NCBI RefSeq assembly: GCF_963547875.1
Contig: NZ_CAUUSI010000004.1
Span: 18,635 to 82,634, forward strand
Length of the DNA: 64,000 nt
Source: Lancefieldella parvula
GTDB lineage: Bacteria > Actinomycetota > Coriobacteriia > Coriobacteriales > Atopobiaceae
Direction: 5' to 3'
The translations under genes were made by a program, and so were the position numbers. The notes beneath the pieces were generated by a model. The model had not been told where the DNA came from. It saw only the letters and a program-made list of their open reading frames with translations, and searched no databases. Below, piece after piece: positions 46,620 to 56,074 of the stretch. Position 1 is the stretch's first letter. Each line of letters begins with the position of its first letter.

Positions 46620-48037
46620 TAGCCAATCGCTCCTTCCATCTCAAGTTTAATGAGGTTGTTCATCTCAACGGCGTACTCCATTGGGAGCTCCTTTGAGACG
46701 GGGTTTGCAAATCCGTTTACTACCATGGTGCGAGCCTCAGCCTCAGAGCAGCCGCGGCTCATCAGATACAAAACGGTGTCGTCAGAAATACGGCCAATAG
46801 TTGCCTCGTGGCCAATCTGAGCAGTTGCATTGCGGACATCCATCTCTGGAATGGTGTCGGAGCGGCTGATGTTATCCAACATCAGCGACTGGCACGAGAA
46901 CGCTACGCGAGCGTTTTCTGCCTTGCGACCAACGGTAACTGCAGAGCGGAAGGTGTTGACGCCACCGTCCTTGGAAATGGACTTGGTATCAACGTTTGCC
47001 GAGTTGTTGGAGCCGTTGATAATAACCTTGCAGCCTGTATCCAGGTCCTGCGTAGCGCCTGCAAACGTAATACCGGTGAACTCGCAGTTAGAGGAATCGC
47101 CGTTCATGATGGTAGAAGGGTAGAGGTAGGAAACGTGGCTACCAAAAGAGCCCGAGACCCACTCCATCTTTGCATTGCTGCCAATGATTGCGCGCTTGGT
47201 GTTGAGGTTGTACATGTTCTTGGACCAGTTTTCGATGGTCGAGTAACGTAGACGTGCCCCGTCCTTAACAAAGAGCTCAACAGCTCCCGCGTGGAGGTTT
47301 GCTGCGTAGTACTTAGGTGCGGAGCAACCCTCAATAAAGTGCAGGTCAGCGCCTTCCTCAACAATAATAAGTGTGTGCTCAAACTGGCCAGCACCCTGAG
47401 CATTTAACCTAAAGTAGCTCTGAAGTGGGTAGTCCAGAGTGACGTTTTTTGGAACATACACAAAAGAGCCACCAGACCAAACGGCATAGTGCAGAGCCGC
47501 AAACTTGTGGTCTGAAGGAGGAATCAGCTTGCCAAAGTACTCTTTAACAACAGGCTCCCACTGCGGATCATGCAAAGCATCCTCAATGGTGGTGTAAATA
47601 ACGCCCTGCTCAGCAACTTCCTCACGCATGTTGTGATAGACAATCTCGGAATCGTACTGAGCACCAACACCAGCAAGGCTCTCTGCCTCTGCCTGTGGAA
47701 TGCCCAGACGATCAAAGGTATCCCTAATATCCTCAGGTACGTCGTCCCAGCTATTTGCTTGCTGAGTCTTTGGCGAGACATACGTGGAGATATGGTTCAA
47801 ATCCAGACCTGCAATAGAAGGTCCCCAGTTGGTAGCCATCTGGCGCTGGTGATAGGTTTCCAGGGCCGACAACCTCATCTGGAGCATCCATTCGGGCTCT
47901 TCTTTTTTCTCGGAAATAGCACGCACAATTTCTGGCGTAAGGCCATCATCGTAGCGCTCGTAACCCTCTTCGGACTTGGTGAAGTCGTAGAGCGAGCGGT
48001 CTACATCAGCGACCTCAGATCGCTTCTTCTCGCTCAC
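46619..48037 (-). CDS. sufB: Fe-S cluster assembly protein SufB
   Basis: Highly conserved SufB blocks are present: HTLIIVEEGA, YSTIENWS, HEATIGRISDDTVLYLMSRG. Confidence 0.95.
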   Translation of the reverse strand: MSEKKRSEVADVDRSLYDFTKSEEGYERYDDGLTPEIVRAISEKKEEPEWMLQMRLSALETYHQRQMATNWGPSIAGLDLNHISTYVSPKTQQANSWDDVPEDIRDTFDRLGIPQAEAESLAGVGAQYDSEIVYHNMREEVAEQGVIYTTIEDALHDPQWEPVVKEYFGKLIPPSDHKFAALHYAVWSGGSFVYVPKNVTLDYPLQSYFRLNAQGAGQFEHTLIIVEEGADLHFIEGCSAPKYYAANLHAGAVELFVKDGARLRYSTIENWSKNMYNLNTKRAIIGSNAKMEWVSGSFGSHVSYLYPSTIMNGDSSNCEFTGITFAGATQDLDTGCKVIINGSNNSANVDTKSISKDGGVNTFRSAVTVGRKAENARVAFSCQSLMLDNISRSDTIPEMDVRNATAQIGHEATIGRISDDTVLYLMSRGCSEAEARTMVVNGFANPVSKELPMEYAVEMNNLIKLEMEGAIG

Positions 48038-48804
48038 TAGTTAGCACCGCCCTCATCAGTCTGGTTCTCAAAACGCTCAAAGCCCTCGTGGTCAATCTGA
48101 TTGATGAGGTCTGCAGAACCATCTGCTACCAGGTGACCCTTAACCATAACGTGAGTGCGGTCAATCTCAAGGCGCTCAAGAATGCGAGTGTTGTGAGTAA
48201 TGATGAGCAGCGAGCCGTCGCAGGTCTCGCGATAGGCCTGAATGCCCTTTGAAACAACGGAGAGTGCGTCAACGTCCAAGCCAGAGTCTGTTTCGTCGAG
48301 AATGGCAAGTTTAGGCTGGAGCAGCAAAAGCTGGAGCATCTCAACCTTTTTCTTCTCGCCACCAGAGAAGCCAACGTTAAGCTCACGCATCAAGAATCCC
48401 TGATCAAGTTCAAGCTGATCAGAAATCTGACCAACACGCTGACGGAACTGACGAGCGGTCATCTTAAGCTCAGGGCGCATCTGTGTAATGGTGCGCAGGA
48501 ATGAATAAAGAGGAACACCAGGAACCTCAACTGGCGCCTGATAGGAGAGGAAGATGCCTGCAAGGGAGCGCTTGTCTGCTGCAAGCTCGGTTACGTCCTC
48601 GCCGTTAAAGATAAGAGAACCATCGGTAATCGTATAGGTTGGATCACCCATGATAACGCGGCCAAGTGTAGATTTACCTGCGCCGTTAGGCCCCATAAGA
48701 ACATGAGCCTGGCCATCACCAATGCTCAAATCAATTGAATGCAGGATGGATTTCTCCTCGGTACCTGCGGAAATTCCGTTTACACGGAGTAGCTCAGTTG
48801 CCAT
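48037..48804 (-). CDS. sufC: Fe-S cluster assembly ATPase SufC
   Basis: The motifs GPNGAGKST, FSGGEKKKVEMLQL and ILDETDSGLD are present. The start at MATELLRV follows GGAGAGAG. Confidence 0.95.
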   Translation of the reverse strand: MATELLRVNGISAGTEEKSILHSIDLSIGDGQAHVLMGPNGAGKSTLGRVIMGDPTYTITDGSLIFNGEDVTELAADKRSLAGIFLSYQAPVEVPGVPLYSFLRTITQMRPELKMTARQFRQRVGQISDQLELDQGFLMRELNVGFSGGEKKKVEMLQLLLLQPKLAILDETDSGLDVDALSVVSKGIQAYRETCDGSLLIITHNTRILERLEIDRTHVMVKGHLVADGSADLINQIDHEGFERFENQTDEGGAN

Positions 48805-49137
48805 AAATCTCTCTCCAAATATCTCTACGTGCAAGCACGTGATACGTTTGTGACTAGCTAGATGTCAGCTCTAGGGCGAGCAAAACCTTTGCGCTAGTGC
48901 GATTTTGTGACAAAGACAAACGCCAATGTCACTGACGTTTTTGTCATACCCCAAAATCCGCTAATTCATACTAAATGGTAGGAATTAAAAAGCAACCCTT
49001 ACATGAGCACTTTTTCACGTTTTCTAGAAAATAATCGGATTTTTTCATAGGTTTCAGAAGTTATGAAAGCTTTTCTGTGCCAGAGTTGCCGCTCACGGGT
49101 AAACTAGAAACATCTATGTTTGCAACAAGGAGGATTC

Positions 49138-50448
49138 ATGGGTCAGAGAATTCAAGGTACCGAAGATCTTTACGGCGGCTATATGCGCTCTTGGGAGCAT
49201 ATGCAAGATATTGCCCGCCATCTGTTTGGTACTTACGGTTTTGACCGCATTGAGACTCCTGCACTTGAGCAGGTAGATACCTTTGTTCACGGTATTGGTG
49301 AGTCAACCGACGTGGTACGCAAAGAGATGTTCCGCGTCTTCTCTGGCGCGCTGCTTGAGGACCTGCTAGCTGCCGGCAATGAGTCCGGTCTTAAGCCTCG
49401 TCAGCGCATGGCTATGCGTCCTGAGGGAACTGCTGGTGTGGTTCGTGCTGCTGTTGAGCACAATTTTGTGCCACAGGGAGGAACACCCGCAAAGCTTTGG
49501 TATGCCGAGGCAATGTTCAGGGGAGAGCGTCCTCAGAAGGGTCGCCTGCGCCAGTTCCACCAGGTAGGTGTTGAGTGGCTTGGAGCTTCTGATCCAGCTG
49601 CCGATGCAGAGTCCATCATCATGTTGATGAAGTTTTACGAGCAGATGGGTTTCTCGCCAGCTGATATGAAGCTCATGATTAACTCCATGGGTGATGCGGA
49701 GTGCCGTCCTACATATCGCGAGAAGGTCAAGCAGTTCATTCTTGATCACAAGGATGAGATGTGTGAGGACTGTCTTGAGCGTGCAGAGATTAATCCGCTG
49801 CGTGCGTTTGACTGCAAAAACGAGAGTTGTCATGCGGTCATGAAGGACGCTCCGCTGATTTCTGACAACCTGTGTGATGATTGCCGTGCTCACTATGAGC
49901 AGGTCAAGGCATATTTGGATGCTGCTGGTATTTCATACGTTGAGGATCCAACACTTGTTCGTGGTTTGGATTACTATACGCGTACCGTCTTTGAGGTAGA
50001 GGTTCCAAACGCTGGTGTTGGCGCCATTGGCGGTGGCGGTCGTTATGACGGTCTTGTTGAGCTTGAAGGCGGAAAGCCAACTCCAGGTGTTGGATTTGCT
50101 GTTGGTTTTGAGCGCATTATGCTTGCGCTGGAAGCTCTTGGTGTTGCAGCCGAGCCAGCGGCTCCAAGCTGTGTCTATGTAGCTTGCGCAGGTGCTGAGC
50201 AGGCTCCTGTTGTATTTGATGCTGTGCTGGCACTACGTGAGGCTGGCATTAGATGCGAAGCTGATCGTACTGGCCGTTCGCTAAAGGCTCAGTTTAAGCA
50301 GGCAGATAAGATGGGTGCAACGCTTTGCGTGGTCATTGGTCCAGATGAGGTTGAAGCTGGCGCGGTAACTCTTCGTGACATGGAGTCTCACGAGCAGGTA
50401 CAGGTACCTGCTGACCAGCTTGTTTCTGAGGTTATCACAAGACAGTAA
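49138..50448 (+). CDS. hisS: Histidine--tRNA ligase
   Basis: Class II motifs and HisRS blocks are present: RPEGTAGVVRA, FHQVGVEWLG, GGGRYDGLV, GFAVGFERI. The ATG follows an AAGGAGG RBS. Confidence 0.93.
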   Translation: MGQRIQGTEDLYGGYMRSWEHMQDIARHLFGTYGFDRIETPALEQVDTFVHGIGESTDVVRKEMFRVFSGALLEDLLAAGNESGLKPRQRMAMRPEGTAGVVRAAVEHNFVPQGGTPAKLWYAEAMFRGERPQKGRLRQFHQVGVEWLGASDPAADAESIIMLMKFYEQMGFSPADMKLMINSMGDAECRPTYREKVKQFILDHKDEMCEDCLERAEINPLRAFDCKNESCHAVMKDAPLISDNLCDDCRAHYEQVKAYLDAAGISYVEDPTLVRGLDYYTRTVFEVEVPNAGVGAIGGGGRYDGLVELEGGKPTPGVGFAVGFERIMLALEALGVAAEPAAPSCVYVACAGAEQAPVVFDAVLALREAGIRCEADRTGRSLKAQFKQADKMGATLCVVIGPDEVEAGAVTLRDMESHEQVQVPADQLVSEVITRQ

Positions 50449-50487
50449 CAGCTAACAGTTTCTAACAGTTAATAGTTTCGATTCCTG

Positions 50488-50519
50488 AAACCTCTCATGT
50501 CCTAGCATGAGAGGTTTTT
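50488..50519 (+). terminator. Rho-independent terminator of hisS
   Basis: AAACCTCTCATG-tcctag-CATGAGAGGTTT followed by TTATTT. Confidence 0.7.
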
Positions 50520-50696
50520 ATTTAGGTAGTAAACACCGTTTGTAGAATAATAGAAGCCGTTTACGATAGTTATCAGTGAGATCAATTAAACGTAAACGGT
50601 TTAAGTTCATACTAATTCTGTAGAAGCATATTTATAGCTTTATAACTAATAAGCACCTTCATTTATTTGTAATCCAAAGAAATTGTAGGTGAAGAA

Positions 50697-52862
50697 ATGA
50701 AAAGAGCGTACCGCTTCATTGTTTCTATCATAGTTGTCTTAATTGCACTTTCCTCATTTTTGGTGGGAAAAGGGTTTTTAGAAATTTTTACTTCCCGAAA
50801 ATTCGATTCTTGGCTCTCTGATCAGCCGCAATTATATACTTCACAGATGTCTGATGAGACAAAAGAAACGTTTGTATCAGTTATTAGGTCTTACGCACAA
50901 ACTCACAAGATGATTCTTATAACTAAGAAAACTGAATCAATTACTGAAGGGCCTAGGATATTGACCGTTGGCGTGCTATCTTCTCCAGGTAGTGAGGCTA
51001 ATAGCTTTGATTCCTTTGATATTCTTGGTACCCAAGTTATAAATAGGCAAAAAATCAATGAACTCCTAGGACATTCTCCAGAGTCATATCTTGGCTACGG
51101 AATGGATACTAACAATAAGGTTAGTGACTTGCCGTATGTTTTGGGTTCAGTTTATTTCAAATTAGATCAAATTACTTCTGGCTATAATCTAGGAAATTCT
51201 TGTGCTGTTTTAGGCCTTTCTCCTGAAGAATTTGATGAATTGGTTAGTCAGATTTCAGAAGCTACTGGCCTACACAAAGAAAAATTTATTACTAATTATT
51301 CAGGATCAGCGGTTGAAATTGGACTCTTCTACTACGTTGCTGGAGTAACTTTTATAATCCTGAGCATATCGTTTTGTTTGCTGACGTATTACAACTCGTT
51401 ACAAGAATTAAAGAAACTCGGTGTTCACGTAATGCTTGGCTGGAGTAAGAGCGATTACGTCGTTCATCATTATTTTTTCTATTGTGCTTTAGCAGCTGTT
51501 TTACTGCCATTAGCCTTTATGTGGACAATGGTTAATTGCTCCGGATTTGATATTACTGGCAGTTTTTTACTGTTTACGTTTACCTCGGCAATGCCAGCAA
51601 TACTTGTAGTTGTGGTTTCGGTACTAATTTCTGCTGCTCCACTTCTAACAATTCGGCCTGTAGATGCAATTTTAGGAAGACTGTCGCAAAAGGGTCTGTA
51701 CGTTCTAACGGCGATCATTTATGCGCTTTGTTGTGTAGTAGTTTTTGCTGGTTCTACGTATATGGATGCTCCTATAACAATGTACTCAAATTTACTATCC
51801 ACTCAAGAAAATTGGTCTGTATATAAAGATTGGTATATTGTCCGAAATCACGTTTCTCAAGGTAATTTTTTCAACGGCAGGCCAATGGATAAAAGTAAGG
51901 AATTATTTGATTGGTATAAAACCCACGAGCACGATACAGGCGTGTATATTGCTCATGTAAATCAAATAGGTGAGCCAACGCTAAATGCCTATGAAGTAAA
52001 TTCATCGATTTTGAAGCCATTTGATGTTCTGATTGCATCCCCATCTTATCTAAAAGAAATTGGGGTAGCGTTGACTGATGAACAAGTTAAAAAAGCGGAG
52101 AATGGAACAAGGATTTATCTCGTTCCAAGCTCGTACTCAGAAGAGCAAAAATCTCTGCTAAGAGAACTTGTGGCTAGAAGCGACAAGATATTTGAGTCAG
52201 ACATTGTCACACCCTATATGCAAAATCCTTCATCTGAATTTATTGAATACGATGCTAGTGGGGGATTTTTTACCTGGTCAACAAATATAGACAGCCCTTC
52301 TATAAGCACAAATGTTGTAATCAAAGTGGTAACCTCAAATAACATGGTTCCCAAAGAATCAGAGAGCTTAGTTGCTACGGGGCTTGATAATAGCTACATA
52401 AAGTTATCACCTGAGGCCGCTGCAAATTTGTTGGATTCCAGCGGTGTTGTACAGCTATCTGATGATGGTTTTGGAACACAGTTTAGTTCGATAGAGAGCT
52501 TTATAAAGGACTACAGAAAATCTCTGCAGGAGCTCTTCCTCTTATTCGGTGTTGTAATTGTGCTTATGTTTGCAGCTATAACGGTGATTCAAATAAGCAT
52601 GATTTCAATTGTTCAAAGATTGAATGAAAGAAAAATTGCCGTTGAATGCATGTTGGGATTTGGCATTTACAAGCAATACATAAATATTTTCCTCATAGTG
52701 AATTTCATTGCACTTGTTGGAACACTTTGCATGATTGTCATAGGTTCAACTCTTGGAATAATAATGGGCTGCTTGATGTTATTGATTTCCAATTTGACTA
52801 TCAGTATTTCTGCAAATAGAAGCACTATGAGAATTGTTCTAGAGAATCTCTCTAAGGAGTAG
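50697..52862 (+). CDS. Large polytopic membrane protein resembling the bacteriocin-associated integral membrane family (DUF1430/FtsX-like; partner of lactococcin-972-type systems)
   Basis: The 721-aa protein has one N-terminal TM segment, a ~190-aa outside domain and a cluster of 4 TM segments. A ~250-aa second outside domain and 3 C-terminal TM segments follow. A LolD/MacB-type ATPase gene lies 2 nt downstream, and the region is AT-rich. The family call comes from architecture and memory, not from an alignment. Confidence 0.5.
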   Translation: MKRAYRFIVSIIVVLIALSSFLVGKGFLEIFTSRKFDSWLSDQPQLYTSQMSDETKETFVSVIRSYAQTHKMILITKKTESITEGPRILTVGVLSSPGSEANSFDSFDILGTQVINRQKINELLGHSPESYLGYGMDTNNKVSDLPYVLGSVYFKLDQITSGYNLGNSCAVLGLSPEEFDELVSQISEATGLHKEKFITNYSGSAVEIGLFYYVAGVTFIILSISFCLLTYYNSLQELKKLGVHVMLGWSKSDYVVHHYFFYCALAAVLLPLAFMWTMVNCSGFDITGSFLLFTFTSAMPAILVVVVSVLISAAPLLTIRPVDAILGRLSQKGLYVLTAIIYALCCVVVFAGSTYMDAPITMYSNLLSTQENWSVYKDWYIVRNHVSQGNFFNGRPMDKSKELFDWYKTHEHDTGVYIAHVNQIGEPTLNAYEVNSSILKPFDVLIASPSYLKEIGVALTDEQVKKAENGTRIYLVPSSYSEEQKSLLRELVARSDKIFESDIVTPYMQNPSSEFIEYDASGGFFTWSTNIDSPSISTNVVIKVVTSNNMVPKESESLVATGLDNSYIKLSPEAAANLLDSSGVVQLSDDGFGTQFSSIESFIKDYRKSLQELFLLFGVVIVLMFAAITVIQISMISIVQRLNERKIAVECMLGFGIYKQYINIFLIVNFIALVGTLCMIVIGSTLGIIMGCLMLLISNLTISISANRSTMRIVLENLSKE

Positions 52863-52864
52863 TT

Positions 52865-53518
52865 ATGAAAACATTTCTACAGGTAGATGCTCTCAATAAG
52901 TCATTTGGAAGCAACACAGTTCTTCATAACATTTCATTTGAGATAGAAAGCGGAGAGTCAGTGGCTCTCGTGGGCCCTTCTGGATGTGGAAAATCAACGC
53001 TTCTTAATATCATCGGTCTTCTCGAGACGCTAGACTCAGGCACAATCAACCTTGAGGGAAGAGCATATCCTTCGATCAATAGTAAAAAAGCAACAATAAT
53101 GAGGCGTACAGAGATCAATTATTTGTTCCAATCTTTTGCTCTCATTAATGACTGGAAAGTAAGTAAAAATCTCTCACTAGCGCTTCAATACACTAAGTTG
53201 TCAAGGCAGGAGCAAGAACGCCTCATAAGAGCTGCTTTGGAAGGTTATGGAATTGGCGAGAAATACGACGCAGTTGTAAATGAGCTTTCTGGTGGAGAAA
53301 AGCAGAGGGTGGCAATTGCTCGAGCAATGATAAAACCGGGTAATTTAATTCTTGCTGACGAACCAACTGGATCACTTGATAAGGCTATGGCCACTATTGT
53401 TATAGACAGTTTGCTAGATTCCGTTCGCGCAAACCATAAGACGCTTCTTATGGTCACGCATGATATGAGTATTGCTCAACGTTGTGACCGAATTATTGAA
53501 TTACCAAAGCATCAATAG
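52865..53518 (+). CDS. ABC transporter ATP-binding protein (LolD/MacB-type)
   Basis: Walker A is GPSGCGKST, the signature is [15 protein letters not shown] and Walker B is ILADEPTGSLD. Confidence 0.9.
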   Translation: MKTFLQVDALNKSFGSNTVLHNISFEIESGESVALVGPSGCGKSTLLNIIGLLETLDSGTINLEGRAYPSINSKKATIMRRTEINYLFQSFALINDWKVSKNLSLALQYTKLSRQEQERLIRAALEGYGIGEKYDAVVNELSGGEKQRVAIARAMIKPGNLILADEPTGSLDKAMATIVIDSLLDSVRANHKTLLMVTHDMSIAQRCDRIIELPKHQ

Positions 53519-53582
53519 AAGCGCAGGTGTAGTAAGGCACTTACAGTTTTAGCAATGCGTATTACAGGTGTTAAACAGAGCC

Positions 53583-55016
53583 TTAAGCAACCTTTACGGC
53601 AGGAAGGTTTGCGGTAGAGTCTGCGGACTCATCATCCTGTACGCGTGGCCATGAGCAGCTACGAACATCGTCAGAGGTAAGACCAAGCCAACGAGCGCGG
53701 TGACCGTCAATTTTTGCTGGACGGCGATGGAGCCACAGGGAAATTCCCAGAGTCCAAAGAGGCAGCAAATAGAGGAAACTTGCAGCCAGAAGGCTCATAG
53801 AAGGTGCGCCAATTGCAGAGAGTACCGAGATGTTTGAGATGGACCACGGAACCAGTGGAGCAAGAATTACAGCGCTATTCTCGATATCCAAAGCAAGGGC
53901 GCTTGAAGAGTCTTCTGCGTTCTCGCACAGATCGTTTGTCAGCATAATTGCCAAGGTCTGATTGCAAGAAACCATTGAAGTAAACATGCTGGTAATCAGA
54001 ACGCCAAAGAAAGGCGTGGAGTTATCGGAGAGGTCAGCTACCAGCTGGCACATACGACGAAGCAGGCCAGTTGTCTGGAAAAGACCAGCGTAGCTTGAAG
54101 AAATGGTCACGATTGTCAAGACGTTCATCATGGAGAAGACGCCGCCGCCATTAACCATGTTTGCAACAGTAGCTCCTGGAGCACGTAGGCCAAAGAGCAG
54201 GATGACAGGCAGATCTGCAAGAGGAACTCGCTGAACGGTGACACACAGAATGCAGGCAAGTACCAGGCTGGATGCCATAGTCACAATGACATCAACCTTA
54301 AGAAGCGAGAAAACAATTACAAGAAGTGCTGGTGTAAGTGAAATCAAAGAAAGCCTAAAGGAGCGGCTCAGAAGACCAGTAATGTCGGGAATAGTTCCCG
54401 TGTTTGCCATGAAGAAGTCCCAAGCCACGTAGATAACACATGCAGCAATAAAAGGCACCACGCTGGTACGAAGCATGCGGTTAATGTTCTTGGATAGATT
54501 GGTATCGGTGAGTTGCGAAACAAGGATTGCGCTGGTAGACATAGGGGAGCAACGATCGCCAAAGTAGCTACCTGCAAGGACAGCGCCACCAATAAAAAAT
54601 TCGCTTGCTCCAATTGCCTTACCAATAGACATGCAGATGATACCCATAGTTGCAGCGGTACCAAATGCGGTGCCCAAAAGCATGGACATCATGGTGCAGA
54701 GTAAGAAGGTTGCCAGAATAAAGACAGAAGGAGAAATAAGAGAAGCAGAAATGCTGACAATCTCTGGAATGGTTCCAGCTGCTCGCCATGCTGCGCTCAT
54801 AGCACCAACAACAGCAAACAGCGCAATAATTGTTTTAACTTCCCAAACAGATTCAAAGGCTGCCAAAAGAAGCTTTTTTGCAGAGATTTTACGAGAGAGT
54901 CCGTAACCAAAAAAGAGGAAGAAACCAATGGTCAAGATAGATGTAAGGGGGAAAGATAGGGCTGTACCTACGATGAGCATCACCGCAAAGGCACTTAGTA
55001 CTATTAGCTCTACCAT
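53583..55016 (-). CDS. NhaC-family Na+/H+ antiporter-like transporter
   Basis: This ~477-aa polytopic protein has NhaC-like blocks (AAWRAAGTIPEIV, GDRCSPMSTSA). The start was set at MVELIVL. Confidence 0.75.
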   Translation of the reverse strand: MVELIVLSAFAVMLIVGTALSFPLTSILTIGFFLFFGYGLSRKISAKKLLLAAFESVWEVKTIIALFAVVGAMSAAWRAAGTIPEIVSISASLISPSVFILATFLLCTMMSMLLGTAFGTAATMGIICMSIGKAIGASEFFIGGAVLAGSYFGDRCSPMSTSAILVSQLTDTNLSKNINRMLRTSVVPFIAACVIYVAWDFFMANTGTIPDITGLLSRSFRLSLISLTPALLVIVFSLLKVDVIVTMASSLVLACILCVTVQRVPLADLPVILLFGLRAPGATVANMVNGGGVFSMMNVLTIVTISSSYAGLFQTTGLLRRMCQLVADLSDNSTPFFGVLITSMFTSMVSCNQTLAIMLTNDLCENAEDSSSALALDIENSAVILAPLVPWSISNISVLSAIGAPSMSLLAASFLYLLPLWTLGISLWLHRRPAKIDGHRARWLGLTSDDVRSCSWPRVQDDESADSTANLPAVKVA

Positions 55017-55132
55017 GCATCCACTCCAAACGAATTTCTTATGTAAATAGAGTAGGCAACTAAAAAGTTGAAGTCCAACTGTTTTCAATGGTTATAATTA
55101 CAAGTAATTTTTGTAATACAGTGGGAGCAAAA

Positions 55133-56074
55133 ATGAACTTTCAAACTATGGATTATTTTGTTGCCGTTGCAGAAGAAAAGAGCTTCACCAAGGCGGCTGA
55201 GCGCCTGAGCGTAACGCAGCAAACGCTCTCGGCAAATATTGCGGCAGCAGAAAAAGAACTTGGCTCTAAGCTGTTGGAACGCACCGTCCCGTTGTCTCTA
55301 ACGTTTGCGGGAGAAGAGTTCTTGCGTTATGCCCGTAGGTTTCAGGCTCAGCGTCGCGCTATGGATCAAGAGTTTCTTGATATTGCGGGCAACGAGCGAG
55401 GTCGCCTGCGTGTTGGTGTTACCGCAACACGAGGCCACATCATCATGCCGCGCTCCATCGCTGCTTTCCAAAAATTGCATCCAAATATCTCCATTGAGCT
55501 TGATGAGGGCGAGAATGACGAGCTGGTTGAGTGGCTATCTGAAGGCCAGCTTGACTTGATTGTTGCAACGGTTAATTCATCGTCGTATGACCTAGTTGTT
55601 AAAAAGCTATTTGACGAGAAGATCGTTCTGGTTGTTTCTCAAGCGCTTCTTGAGTCTTTGTATGCAGATAAGGTTGACTCGGTTGTCGCGCAAGTCAAAA
55701 AGACGGGAAAGCTCACGGCCTTGGAAGCTTGCCCCTTCTTAACGGTAGGTAAGCGAGACATTGCTGGTAGTTTTGCTCGCCATGCGTTTGCCGCGTCGGG
55801 TATTTCTCCCACTATCAAGGTCATGTCCAGAAACTCCGAGACGCTTTTGGCGCTTGCCATGAGAGGCGTTGGTGCGTGCTTCTTGCCATCAGAGCTGGTT
55901 GCTTCGTCTAATTACGACTTTGAAACGTCTGGCCTTCACATTATTGAGCTGGGAAAAGAGATGTCGTACTCGGTTAGTGTTGCCTGGCGGCGCACCGACC
56001 ATGTGTGGAGCACAATCGAGTCATTTGCCCAGGTTCTCTCTGAGCAGCGCTATGTAGTTAAGCGAGGTGAGTAG
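55133..56074 (+). CDS. LysR-family transcriptional regulator, divergent from the NhaC-like gene
   Basis: The N-terminal HTH reads MDYFVAVAEEKSFTKAAERLSVTQQTLSANI and is followed by a LysR substrate-binding domain. Confidence 0.9.
   Translation: MNFQTMDYFVAVAEEKSFTKAAERLSVTQQTLSANIAAAEKELGSKLLERTVPLSLTFAGEEFLRYARRFQAQRRAMDQEFLDIAGNERGRLRVGVTATRGHIIMPRSIAAFQKLHPNISIELDEGENDELVEWLSEGQLDLIVATVNSSSYDLVVKKLFDEKIVLVVSQALLESLYADKVDSVVAQVKKTGKLTALEACPFLTVGKRDIAGSFARHAFAASGISPTIKVMSRNSETLLALAMRGVGACFLPSELVASSNYDFETSGLHIIELGKEMSYSVSVAWRRTDHVWSTIESFAQVLSEQRYVVKRGE

Noticed and set aside
48835-49137. T-box leader upstream of hisS (and of aspS at 59836-60033)
   Set aside because: I looked for the conserved T-box sequence (AATTAGGGTGGTACCGCG-like) and a specifier/terminator-antiterminator layout and found neither.
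50449-50696. Lactococcin-972-like bacteriocin precursor gene next to the DUF1430-like/ABC pair
   Set aside because: There is no ORF of 60 aa or more on either strand in the flanking gaps. The upstream gap shows only short repeats and promoter-like AT-rich sequence.
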